Origin: Ranitomeya imitator
Taxonomy: Eukaryota
Assembly: GCF_032444005.1 (NCBI RefSeq)
Contig: NC_091282.1
Location: 605,926,001 to 605,990,000, forward strand
Length of the DNA stretch: 64,000 nt
Direction: 5' to 3'
Positions within the stretch are counted from its first letter, which is position 1, and each line of letters begins with the position of its first letter. The notes beneath the pieces were generated by a model that had not been told where the DNA came from, made no database searches, and saw only the letters and a list, made by a program, of their open reading frames with translations. Shown piece after piece: positions 49,901-61,085 of this stretch. A program made the position numbers and the translations under genes.

Positions 49901-52900
49901 TCCACAATGCCCCAAAATGTGACCATGGTGCCCTGAAATGTGACCAGAGTTCCCTGAAATGTGACCAAAGTGCCCAGAAATGTGACCACACACCCCAACA
50001 TGTGACCAGAGTGTTCCGAAATGTGTCCAGAATGCCCCGAAATGTGATCATTGCGCCCTGAGATGTGACCAGAGCTCCCCGAGATGTGACCAAACCGCCC
50101 CGAAATGTGACCAGATGCCCAGAGATATGACCAGATGCCCAGAATGTGATCAGAGCACCCAAAATGTGACCAGTGCCCCAAAATGTGACCAGAGCATCCA
50201 AAATGTGACCAGACACCCCAAAATGTGACCAAAGTGCCCAGAAATATGACCAGATGCCCGCAATGTGACCATAGCACCCGAAATGTGACCAAAGCACCCC
50301 GAAATGTGACCAAAGTGCCCAGAAATATGACCAGATGCCCGCAATGTGACCATAGCGTCCCGAAATGTGACCTAAGTGCCCAGAAATATGACCAGAGTGC
50401 CCCAAAATGTTACCAGACACCCCAAAATGTGACCAAAGTGCCCAGAAATATGACCAGATGCTCGCAATGTGACTATAGCACCCGAAATGTAACCAAAGCA
50501 CCCCGAAATGTGACCAAAGTGCCCAGAAATATGACCAGATGCCCGCAATGTGACCATAGCGCCCGAAATATGACCAAAGTGCCCAGAAATATTACCAGAG
50601 TGCCCAAAAATGTTACCAAAGTGCCTGTAAATGTGACCAGAGTGCCCCGAAATGTGAACAGATGCCCAAAATGTGAACAGAGCGCCCTGAAATGTGACCA
50701 GATGCCCAAAATGTGAGCAGAGCGCCCTGAAATGTGACCAGAGTGCAATGAAATGTGACCACATCCCACAAAATGTGATCAGAGCGCCCCGAATTGTGAC
50801 CAGAACTCCCCGGAATGTGACAAGAGTGCCCCGAAATGTGACCAGACACCCCAAAATGTGACCAAAGTGCCCAGAAATAGGACCAGATGCCCGCAATGTG
50901 ACCAAAGTGCCCAGAGATATGACCAGATGCCCGAAATGTGACCATAGTGCCCGAAATGTGACCAAAGTGTCCCGAAATGTGGCCAAAGTGCCCAGAAATA
51001 TGACCAGAGTGCCCCAAAATGTTACCAAAGTGCCTGTAAATGTGACCAGAGTGCCCCGAAATGTGAACAGATGCCGATAATGTGAACAGAGCGCCCTGAA
51101 ATGTGACCAGATGCCCAAAATGTGAACAGAGCGCCCTGAAATGTGACCACATCCCACAAAATGTGACCATAGCTCCCTGAAATGTGACCAGAGCTCCCCG
51201 AAATGTGACCAGAGTGCCCTGAAATGTGATCAGAGCGGCCGGAAATATGACCAAAGCGCCCCAAAATGTGAACAGAGCGCCCAGAAATACTACCAGATGC
51301 CCGAAATGTGACCAGAGCGCCCCCAAATGTGACCAGAGCACCCCGAAGTGTGGGCAGACGCCCTGAATTGTGACCCCAGCACCCTGAAATGTGACTAAAG
51401 TGCCCAGAAATATGACCAGATGCCCGCAATGTGACCATAGCGTCCCGAAATGTGACCAAAGTGCCCAGAAATATGACCAGAGTGCCCCAAAATGTTACCA
51501 AAGTGCCTGTAAATGTGACCAGAGTGCCCCGAAATGTGAACAGGTGCCCAAAATGTGACCAGAGTGCCCTGAAATGTGACCAGATGCCTGAAATGTGACC
51601 AAAGCGCCCGTAAATGTGGCCAGAGCGTCCCGAAATGTGAACAAAGCGGCCGTAAATGTGACCAGAGCTCCCGTAAATGTGACCAGAGCGCCCCAAAATG
51701 TGACCAGAGCGCCCTGAAATGTGATCAGAGCTCCCCAAAATGTGAGCAGAGCATCCAGAAATGTGTCCACAACGCCCCGAAATGTGGCCAGAGCATCCCG
51801 AAATGTGGCCAGAGCGTCCCGAAATGTGACCAAAGCGGCCATAAATGTAACCAGAGCTCCCGTAAATGTGACCAGAGCTCCCGTAAATGTGACCAGAGCG
51901 CCCCGAAATGTGACCAGAGCGCCCCGAAATGTGACTATTGCTCCCCGAAATGTAACCAGAGCGCCCCGAAATGTGATCAGAGCTCCCCAAAATGTGACCA
52001 GACACCCCAAAATGTGACCAGAGCGTGCCGAAATGTGTCCAGAATGCCTTGAAATGTGACCATAGCTCCCCGAAATGTGACCAAAGCGCCCCGAAATGTG
52101 ACCAAAGCGCCCCGAAATATGACCAGATGCCTAGAATGTGACCATAGCTCCCGAAATGTGACCATAGTGTCCCGAAATGTGATCAGAGCGTCCCAAAATG
52201 TGTCCACAACGCCCCAAAATGTGACCATGGTGCCCTGAAATGTGACCAGAGCTCCCTGAGATGTGACCAGAGTTCCCTGAAATGTGACCACACACCCCAA
52301 CATGTGACCAGAGTGTTCCGAAATGTGTCCAGAATGCCCCGAAATGTGATCATAGCGCCCTGAGATGTGACCAGAGCTCCCCGAGATGTGACCAAACCGC
52401 CCCGAAATGTGACCAGATGCCCAGAGATATGACCAGATGCCCAGAATGTGATCAGAGCACCCAAAATGTGACCAGTGCCCCAAAATGTGACCAGAGCATC
52501 CGAAATGTGACCAGACACCCCAAAATGTGACCAAAGTGCCCAGAAATATGACCAGATGCCCGCAATGTGACCATAGCACCCGAAATGTGACCAAAGCACC
52601 CCGAAATGTGACCAAAGTGCCCAGAAATATAACCAGATGCCCGCAATGTGACCATAGCGTCCCGAAATGTGACCAAAGTGCCCCGAAATATGACCAGAGT
52701 GCCCCAAAATGTTACCAAAGTGCCTGTAAATGTGAACAGAGTGCCCCGAAATGTGACCAGATGCCTGAAATGTGACCAAAGCGCCCGTAAATGTGGCCAG
52801 AGCGTCCCGAAATGTGAACAAAGCGGCCGTAAATGTGACCAGAGCTCCCGTAAATGTGACCAGATATCCCCCCAAAATGTGACCAGAGCGCCCCGAAATG

Positions 52901-53347
52901 TGATCAGAGCTCCCCAAAATGTGAGCAGAGCATCCAGAAATGTGTCCACAACGCCCCGAAATGTGGCCAGAGCGTCCCGAAATGTGACCAAAGCGGCCGT
53001 AAATGTAACCAGAGCTCCCGTAAATGTGACCAGAGCTCCCGTAAATGTGACCAGAGCGCCCCGAAATGTGACCAGAGCGCCCCGAAATGTGAATATTGCT
53101 CCCCGAAATGTAACCAGAGCGCCCCGAAATGTGATCAGAGCTCCCCGAAATGTGACCAGACACCCCAAAATGTGACCAGAGCGTCCCAAAATGTGTCCAC
53201 AACACCCCAAAATGTGACCATGGCACCCTGAAATGTGACCAGAGCTCCCCGAAATGTGACCAAAGTGTCCAGAAATGTGACCACACACCCCAACATGTGA
53301 CCAGAGTGTTCAGAAATGTGTCCAGAATGCCCCGAAATGTGATCATA

Positions 53348-53636
53348 GGCTACGTCCACATTAGCGTTGCGTTGGGCGCAGCCGCGGCGACGCATGCATC
53401 ATGCGCCCTTATATTTGACATGGGGATGCATGGACATGCGTTGTCTTGCGTTTTTTGTGACGCATGCGTCATTTTTGGCGCAAGTGTCAGGGCGCAGAGG
53501 ACGCAGCAAGTTGCATTTTTTTGCTTCCAAAAGCAAGCCAAAAATGGACGCATGCGTCACAAAACCATGCGTTTTTGCATGCGTTGTGCGTTGCGTCGCC
53601 GACGCAACACACAACAACGCAAATGTGAACGTAGCC
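53348..53636. mobile_element. Harbinger-type MITE, copy 1 in the satellite
   Basis: TIR GGCTACGTYCACATT; 3-bp TSD ATA; related to the MITE at 10056. Confidence 0.88.
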
Positions 53637-54356
53637 ATAGCGCCCTGAGATGTGATAAGAGCTCTCCGAAATGTGACCAAACTGCCACGAAATGTCACCA
53701 GATGCCCAGAGATATGACCAGATGCCCAGAATGTGATCAGAGCACCCAAAATGTGACCAGAGCGCCCCGAAATGTGACTAGAGCACCCGAAATGTGACCA
53801 GACACCCCAAAATGTGACCAAAGTGCCCAGAAATATGACCAGATGCCCGCAATGTGACCATAGCACCCGAAATGTGACCAAAGCACCCCGAAATGTGACC
53901 AAAGTGCCCAGAAATATGACCAGATGCCCGCAATGTGACCATAGCGCCCGAAATGTGACCTAAGTACCCAGAAATATGACCAGAGTGCCCCAAAATGTTA
54001 CCAAAGTGCCTGTAAATGTGACCAGAGTGCCCCGAAATGTGAACAGATGCCCAAAATGTGACCATAGCTCCCCGAAATGTGACCATAGCTCCCCGAAATG
54101 TGACCAAAGCGCCCCGAAATGTGACCAAGGTGCCCCGAAATGTGACCAGATGCCCAGAATGTGACCATAGCTCCCGAAATGTGTCCACAACGTCCCAAAA
54201 TGTGTTCACAACGCCCCAAAATGTGACCATGGCACCCTGAAATGTGACCAGAGCTCCCCGAAATGTGACCAAAGTGCCTAGAAATGTGACCACACACCCC
54301 AACATGTGACCAGAGTGTTCAGAAATGTGTCCAGAATGCCCCGAAATGTGATCATA

Positions 54357-54654
54357 GGCTACGTTCACATTAGCGTTGCGTCGGGCGCAGCCGCGGCGAC
54401 GCATGCATCATGCGCTCCTATATTTAACATGGGGACGCATGGACATGCGTTGTCTTGCGTTTTGTGACGCATGCGTCATTTTTGGCGCAAGTGTCAGGGC
54501 GCAGAGGACGCAGCAAGTTGCATTTTTTTGCGTCCAAAAGCAAGCCAAAAATGGACGCATGCGTCACAAAACCATGCGTTTTTGCATGCGTTTTGCATGC
54601 GTTGTGCGTTGCGTCGCCGACGCAACACACAACAACGCAAATGTGAACGTAGCC
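54357..54654. mobile_element. Harbinger-type MITE, copy 2 in the satellite
   Basis: Same TIR, same ATA TSD and same flanking satellite sequence as copy 1, 1009 bp downstream. Confidence 0.88.
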
Positions 54655-56645
54655 ATAGCGCCCTGAGATGTGACCATAGCTCCCCGAAATGTGACCAAAC
54701 CGCCCCGAAATGTGACCAGATGCCCAGAGATATGACCAGATGCCCAGAATGTGATCAGAGCACCCAAAATGTGATCAGAGCGCCCCAAAATGTGACTAGA
54801 GCACCCGAAATGTGACCAGACACCCCAAAATGTGACCAAAGTGCCCAGAAATATAACCAGATGCCCGCAATGTGACCATAGCACCCGAAATGTGACCAAA
54901 GCACCCCGAAATGTGACCAAAGTGCCCAGAAATATGACCAGATGCCCGCAATGTGACCATAGCGCCCAAAATGTGACCAAAGCGTCCCGAAATGTGACCT
55001 AAGTGCCCAGAAATATGACCAGAGTGCCCCAAAATGTTACCAAAGTGCCTGTAAATGTGAACAGATGCCCAAAATGTGAACAGAGCGCCCTGAAATGTGA
55101 TCAGTGTCATGAAATGTGACCACATCCCACAAAATGTGATCAGAGCGCCCTGAAGTGTGACCAGATGCCCAAAATGTGAACAGAGCGCCCTGAAATATGA
55201 TCAGAGTCATGAAATGTGACCACATCCCACAAAATGTGATCAGAACGCCCCAAAATATGACCAGAGTGCCCTGAAATGTGACCAAAGCGCCTGTAAATGT
55301 GTCTCGGGTGTCCCAAAATGTGACCAAAGCGGACGGAAATATGACCACAAATGTGACCAGATGCCCGTAAATGTGACCAGAACGCCCTGAATTGTGAACA
55401 AAGCACCCCGACATGTGACCAAGGTGACCCGAAATGTAACCAGAAGCCAGAAATGTGACCATATTGCCCAAAATGTGACCACAGCGCCCCTAAATCTGAC
55501 CCGAGCACCCTGAAATGTGAGCAGACTCCCCGAAATGTGACCAGACACCTCAAAATGTAACAAGTGTTCCGAAATGTGTCCAGAATGCCCCGAAATGTGA
55601 TCATAGCGCCCTGCGATGTGACCAGAGCTCCCCCAAATGTGACCAAAGCGCCCCGAAATGTGACCAAAGTGCCCAGAAATATGACCAGAATGTGACCATA
55701 GCACCCGAAATGTGATCAGAGCACCCGAAATGTTACCAAAGCGCCCCGAAATGTGATCAGAGCACCTGAAATGTGACCAGACACCCCTAAATGTGACCAG
55801 AGCGTTCCGAAATGTGTCCAGAATGCCCTGAAATGTGACCATAGCGCCCTGAAATGTGACCAGAGCACCCCGAAATGTGACCATAACACCCCGAATTGTG
55901 AACAAAGCACCCCGAAATGTGACCAGAGCACCACCGAAATATGACCAAGGTGACCCGAAATGTGACCAGAAGCCAGAAATGTGACCTGTTGCCCAAAATG
56001 TGACCACAGCGCCCCTAAAACTGACCCGAGCACCCTGAAATGTGAGCAAATGCCCCAAAATGTGACCAGATGCCCGAAATGTGACCAGAGTGCCCTGAAA
56101 TGTAACCAGAGTGCCCTGAAATGTGACCAGAACGCCCCTAAATCTGACCCGTGCACCCTGAAATGTGATTGGAATGCCCCGAAATTAGAATAGGCTCCCC
56201 AAAGTATGAACAGAACACCCTTACATGTGATCAAAGAGCCCCAAAATGTGTCCACAGCACCCCGAAATTTGACCAGAGCGCCCCTAAATGTGACTCGAGC
56301 ACCTTGAAATGTGACTAGATGCCCTAAAATGTGACCAGAGTGCCCTGCAATGTGACCAGAACGCCCCTTAATCTGACCCGTGCACCCTTAAATGTGACCG
56401 GAATGCCCCGAAATGTGACTAGGCTCCCCAAAATATGATCAGAACGTCCTTACATGTTATCAGAGAGACCCAAAATGTGACTAGAGCTCCCTGAAATGGG
56501 ACCAGAGCGCCCCTAAATCTGACTCGAGCACTTTGAAATGTGACTAGAAGCCCCAAAATGTTACCAGACGCCCCAATATGTGACCAGACTCCCTGAAATA
56601 TGATCAGAGCACCCCGAAATGTGACTAGACTCGTATGACCTGCTC

Positions 56646-57154
56646 GTGGTGCTGGTAGTGGGGGACTCAATTATTAGGGGAACAGATAGGGCAATCTGTC
56701 ACAAAGACAGGGATCGTCGACCGGTGTGCTGCCTATGGGCGCTCGAGTCCGACACATCGCTGATCGGGTGGACAGATTATTGGGAGGGGCTGGTGAGGAC
56801 CCAGCGGTCATGGTGCACATTGGCACTAATGACAAAGTTAGAGGTAGGTGGAAGGTCCTTAAAGATGATTTCAGGGAATTAGGCTGCAAGCTGAGAGCAA
56901 GGACCTCCAACGTGGTATTCTCCGAAATACTGCCTGTACCATGTGCCATGCCAGAGAGGCAACGGGAGATTAGGGAGGTTAATAAGTGGCTCAAGAATTG
57001 GTGTAGGAAGGAGGGGATTGGGTTCCTGCAGAACTGGGCCGACTTCTCAGTTGGCTACAGGCTCTACGCTAGGGACAGGCTGCACCTCAATGGGGAAGGT
57101 GCAGCTGTGCTGGGGGAGAAAATGGCTAGAAGGTTGGAGGAGTGTTTAAACTAG
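56646..57154 (+). pseudogene. CR1 ORF1 SGNH esterase-like domain, frameshifted
   Basis: VVGDS, HIGTND and DRLHL blocks split over ORFs 56646-56882 and 56726-57154. Confidence 0.88.
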
Positions 57155-57321
57155 GGATTGAGGGGGAGGGTATTCAATTTATAGGAGGGGAAGATAGTGC
57201 AGACAGAGACCTGGGCACAAATAAGGAAGTTGGTGGTGGCGGTGGCATGGGGGGTGGGGTTAGAATTAGAACAGTTAATAATTTAAGAAAGAGTAGAGGT
57301 ACAGAGAGGAACATCAAGTGC

Positions 57322-58164
57322 ATGTATACTAATGCCAGAAGCCTCGCCAACAAAATGGACGAATTAGAACTAATGTTGTTGGAGCATAATTATGACATGG
57401 TGGGGATATCTGAAACGTGGCTGGATGAGAGCCATGACTGGGCTGTTAACTTGCAGGGCTATAGCCTGTTCAGAAATGACCGTACAGATAAGCGAGGGGG
57501 AGGGGTGTGTCTATATGTAAAATCGTCCTTAAAACCCATCCGGCGTGATAATATAGGTGAATTCAATGAAAATGTAGAATCCCTGTGGGTCGAGATAAGG
57601 GGAGGGGGAAAAAATAATAAATTACTGATAGGGGTTTGTTATAAATCTCCAAAAATAATGGAAGCAATGGAGAATATCCTCGTAAAGCAAATAGATGAAG
57701 CTGCGACTCAAGGAGAAGTCATTATTATGGGGGACTTCAACTACCCTGAAATAGATTGGGGAACAGAAACCTGCAGTTCCAGCAAAGGTAATCGGTTTTT
57801 GACAACTATGAGAGACAATTACCTTTCACAACTGGTTCAGGACCCAACAAGAAGGGGGGCACTGCTAGACCTAATATTAACCAACAGGCCAGACCACATA
57901 TCAAATATAAGGGTTGGGGGTTACTTGGGAAATAGCGATCACAAAATAATAAGTTTTCATGTATCCTTTAAAAAGATGTATAATAGAGGGGTTATAAGGA
58001 CACTAAACTTCAGGAGGGCAAATTTCCAACGGATGAGAGAGGATCTTGGTGCAATTAACTGGGACGATATCCTGAGACACAAAAATACACAAAGAAAATG
58101 GGAGACATTTATTAGCATCCTGGATAGGACCTGTGCACAGTATAATACCGTATGGGAATAAACA
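57322..58164 (+). pseudogene. CR1 ORF2 APE endonuclease domain
   Basis: YTNARSL, GISETW, GGGVCLYV, IGVCY, MGDFN, LDLIL, SDH motifs. Confidence 0.92.
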
Positions 58165-59500
58165 TCTATATAATTGTCTAAGGGTCACTTCCGTCTATCT
58201 GTCCTTCTGTCACGGTTATTCATTCGCTGATTGGTCTCACCAACTGCCTGTCATGGCTGCCGCGACCAATCAGTGACGAGCACAGTCCGGAAGAAAATGG
58301 CCACTCCTTACTCCCCGCAGTCAGTGCCTGTCGCCCGCATACTCCCCTTCGGTCACCGCTAACACAGGGTTAATGCCGGCGGTAACGGACTGCGTTATGC
58401 TGCGGGTAACGCACTCCGTTACCGCCGCTATTAACTTAATTTAAAAAAAAAACAAACCTGCTATACTCACCTTCCGTAGTTGCTCGCGCCGGCCGCCATC
58501 TTCCGTTGCAGGTTCCGGTGGCAAAGATAGTATGTGAGAAGGACCTGCCATGACGTCACGGTCATGTGACCGCGACGTCATCACAGGCCCTGCGCACCTG
58601 CGCGAGAAGGACCTGCCATGACGTCACGGTCATGTGACTGCGACGTCATCACAGGCCCTGTGCGCCTGTGCTAGAAAGACCTGCCATGACTTCATGGTCA
58701 TGTGACCGCGACGTCATCACAGGTCCTTGCGCCCATACCAACCCTGGGACCAGAAGCTGCCGTGGACTACAAGGGGCCCTCGAAAGGTGAGTATATGTTT
58801 ATTTTTCAACCTTTGACAAACCTGGCTGGGCAATATACTACGTAGCTGGGCAATATACTACGTGACTGGCCAATATACTACGTAACTGGTCAATATACTA
58901 CGTGGCTCTGTGCTGTATACTACGTCGCTGTGCAATATACTACATGGCTGGGCAATATACTACATGGCTCTGTGCTGTATACTACGTCACTGGGGAATAT
59001 ACTACGTGGCTCTGCTGTATACTACGTCGCTGGGCAATATACTACGTCACTGGGCAATATACTACGTGGCTGCGCAATATACTACGTCACTAGGCAATAT
59101 ACTACGTAACTGGGCAATATACTACGTGGCTGCGCAATATACTACTTCACTAGGCAATATACTACGTAACTGGGCAATATACTGCGTGGCTGGGCAATAT
59201 ACTACGTGACTGGGCAATATACTATGTGGTTGAGCAATATACTACATGACTGGGCAACATACTACGTGACTGGGCAATATACTACGTCACTGGGCAATAT
59301 ACTACATGGTTGGGCAATATACTGCGTGGCTGGGCAATATACTACGTGTCTGGGCAATATACTACGTGTCTGGGTAATATACTACGTGCCTGGGCAATAT
59401 ACTACGTGTCTGGGCAATATACTACTTGGGCTGTGCAATATACTATGTGGACATGCATATTCTAGAATACCCGATGCGTTAGAATCGGGCCACCATCTAG
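58165..59500 (+). mobile_element. Non-autonomous Helitron (1336 bp)
   Basis: 5' TC after host A, 3' CTAG before host T, no TSD; subterminal hairpin CCCGAT-GCGTTAGA-ATCGGG at 59470-89. Confidence 0.9.
58824..59450. repeat. ~20-bp minisatellite (GGGCAATATACTACGTGACT) inside the Helitron
   Basis: Direct inspection. Confidence 0.92.
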
Positions 59501-59544
59501 TACTAGACATAGGAGGAAACCAGTATGACTAAAGAGAGCTATAA

Positions 59545-60207
59545 AGGTACCGTCACACATAACGATATCGTTAACGATATCGTTGCTTTTTGTGACGTAG
59601 CAACGATATCGTTAACAAAATCGTTATGCGTGACAGCGACCAACGATCAGGCCCCTGCTGGGAGATTGTTGGTCGCTGGGGAAAGTCCAGGACTTTATTT
59701 CGTCGCTGGATCACCCGCTGACATCGCTGAATCGGCGTGTGTGACGCCGATTCAGCGATGTCTTCACTGGTAACCATTGTAAAAGTAAAAAAAAAACACT
59801 ACATACTTACATTCCTGTCACGTTCCTCAGCGTCAGCTTCCCTGCGTCCCCCAGTGTCAGCGTCGGCCGGCCGTAAAGCAAAGCACAGCGGTGACGTCAC
59901 CGCTCTGCTTTCCGGCCAGCGCGCTTACACAATGCAGGGAAGCTGAGGCCGGGGGACGCGACAGGAATGTAAGTATGTAGTGTTTTTTTTTTTTACTTTT
60001 ACAATGGTAACCAGGGTAAACATCGGGTTACTAAGCGCAGGGCTGCGCTTAGTAACCCGATGTTTACCCTGGTTACCCGGGGACTTCGGGATCGTTGGTC
60101 GCTGGAGAGCTGTCTGTGTGACAGCTCTCCAGCGACCAAACAGCGACGCTGCAGCGATCGGCATCGTTGTCTAGATCACTGCAGCGTCGCCTAATGTGAC
60201 GGTACCT
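59545..60207. mobile_element. MITE (~663 bp), probably Harbinger-type
   Basis: TIR AGGTACCGTCACA; flanks TAA / TTA; removing it with a 3-bp TSD restores the CR1 RAIRGAIS frame. The exact terminal base is ambiguous. Confidence 0.78.
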
Positions 60208-60510
60208 TTAGGGGCGCAATAAGTGACAAAAAGAAAGCATTTAGAGAATTAAAGCAAGTAGGTAGTGATGAGGCATTAAATAATTACAGAAAATTAAATA
60301 AATTCTGTAAAAAGCAAATCAACGCAGCAAAAATTGAGACAGAGAGACTCATTGCCAGAGAGAGTAAAAATAATCCCAAAATATTCTTTAACTACGTAAA
60401 TAGTAAGAAACTAAAAAAATGATAGTGTTGGCCCCCTTAAAAATAGTATGGGTGAAATGAGGATGAGGAAAAAGCCCATATGCTAAATGACTTTTTTTCA
60501 TCAGTATTTA

Positions 60511-60836
60511 GGCTGGGTTCACATTGCGTTAACAGCAGCCCGTTCAACACATACGTTACCGGGCTGCTGATAATGCAAATGCCGGTATGGCAGCGCGCTT
60601 GCGCAGATAGAGCATCTGCTAGCTCTATCTGCGCTAGCGGTGACGGACCCGGAAACGCAGCCCGCGTCTCGGGGTCCGTCACTCAATGACGGCACATCGA
60701 TAGCGCACGCCCATTGTAGGCGTGCGCTAGCGATGCGTCCGACATTGGATTCAATGGCGGCGTTAACGAACTGCGTTATGCCGCAGTGTAACGTAGTCCG
60801 TCTAACGGATGCCATTAATGCAATGTGAACCCAGCC
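60511..60836. mobile_element. Harbinger-type MITE (326 bp)
   Basis: TIR GGCTGGGTTCACATTGC; TSD TTA at 60508-10 and 60837-39; removal restores CR1 FSSVF|TQEN. Confidence 0.9.
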
Positions 60837-61008
60837 TTACACAAGAAAATTCCATTGCAGACAATATGATCTGTGATAACAAAAATTCCCCATTAAATGC
60901 CACCTGCTTATCCCAGCAGGAAGTACGGCGGCGTCTAAAAATCACTAAAATTGACAAATCTCCGGGTCCGGAAGGGATACACCCCCGAGTACTGCAGGAA
61001 TTAAGTAC

Positions 61009-61085
61009 TTTGGGGTTCTGCTCTGAGGCAAGATAGTATTCCTATTTCCATCTTTAGGGGTATTTAGTCCTCCGGCTGTGACGAG
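61009..61085 (+). repeat. Short internal fragment of another Gypsy-type LTR
   Basis: Resembles the CTCTGAGGCAAG...TTTCTATCT...GG block of the local LTRs; abuts the broken CR1. Confidence 0.45.

Larger units (their letters stand above)
35232..56632. repeat. 21-bp satellite array (consensus AAATGTGACCAGAGCGCCCCG), ~17 kb net, with higher-order repeats
   Basis: Continuous ~21-nt period; most homogeneous at 35.7-36.4 kb, most diverged beyond 55 kb. Confidence 0.97.
56633..61008 (+). mobile_element. CR1-clade LINE, truncated at both ends and interrupted three times
   Basis: ORF1 esterase followed by ORF2 endonuclease and linker up to KIDKSPGPEGIHPRVLQELS; the frame is recoverable across the insertions (YGNKH|TRHRRKP). 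Confidence 0.92.

Noticed and set aside
35193-56255. Many long ORFs (up to 529 aa), including Cys-rich KCDQSAP heptads
   Set aside because: They are by-products of a 21-nt (in-frame) satellite, appear in several frames on both strands, and lack splice or domain evidence.
35232-56632. CRISPR-like appearance (constant AAATGTGACC plus variable part)
   Set aside because: The variable parts are ~10 nt, mutually related and recurrent; eukaryotic context; no cas genes.
56646-57154. Captured host esterase gene
   Set aside because: An SGNH esterase-like domain is an established component of ORF1 in some vertebrate CR1 elements and sits directly upstream of the CR1 endonuclease.
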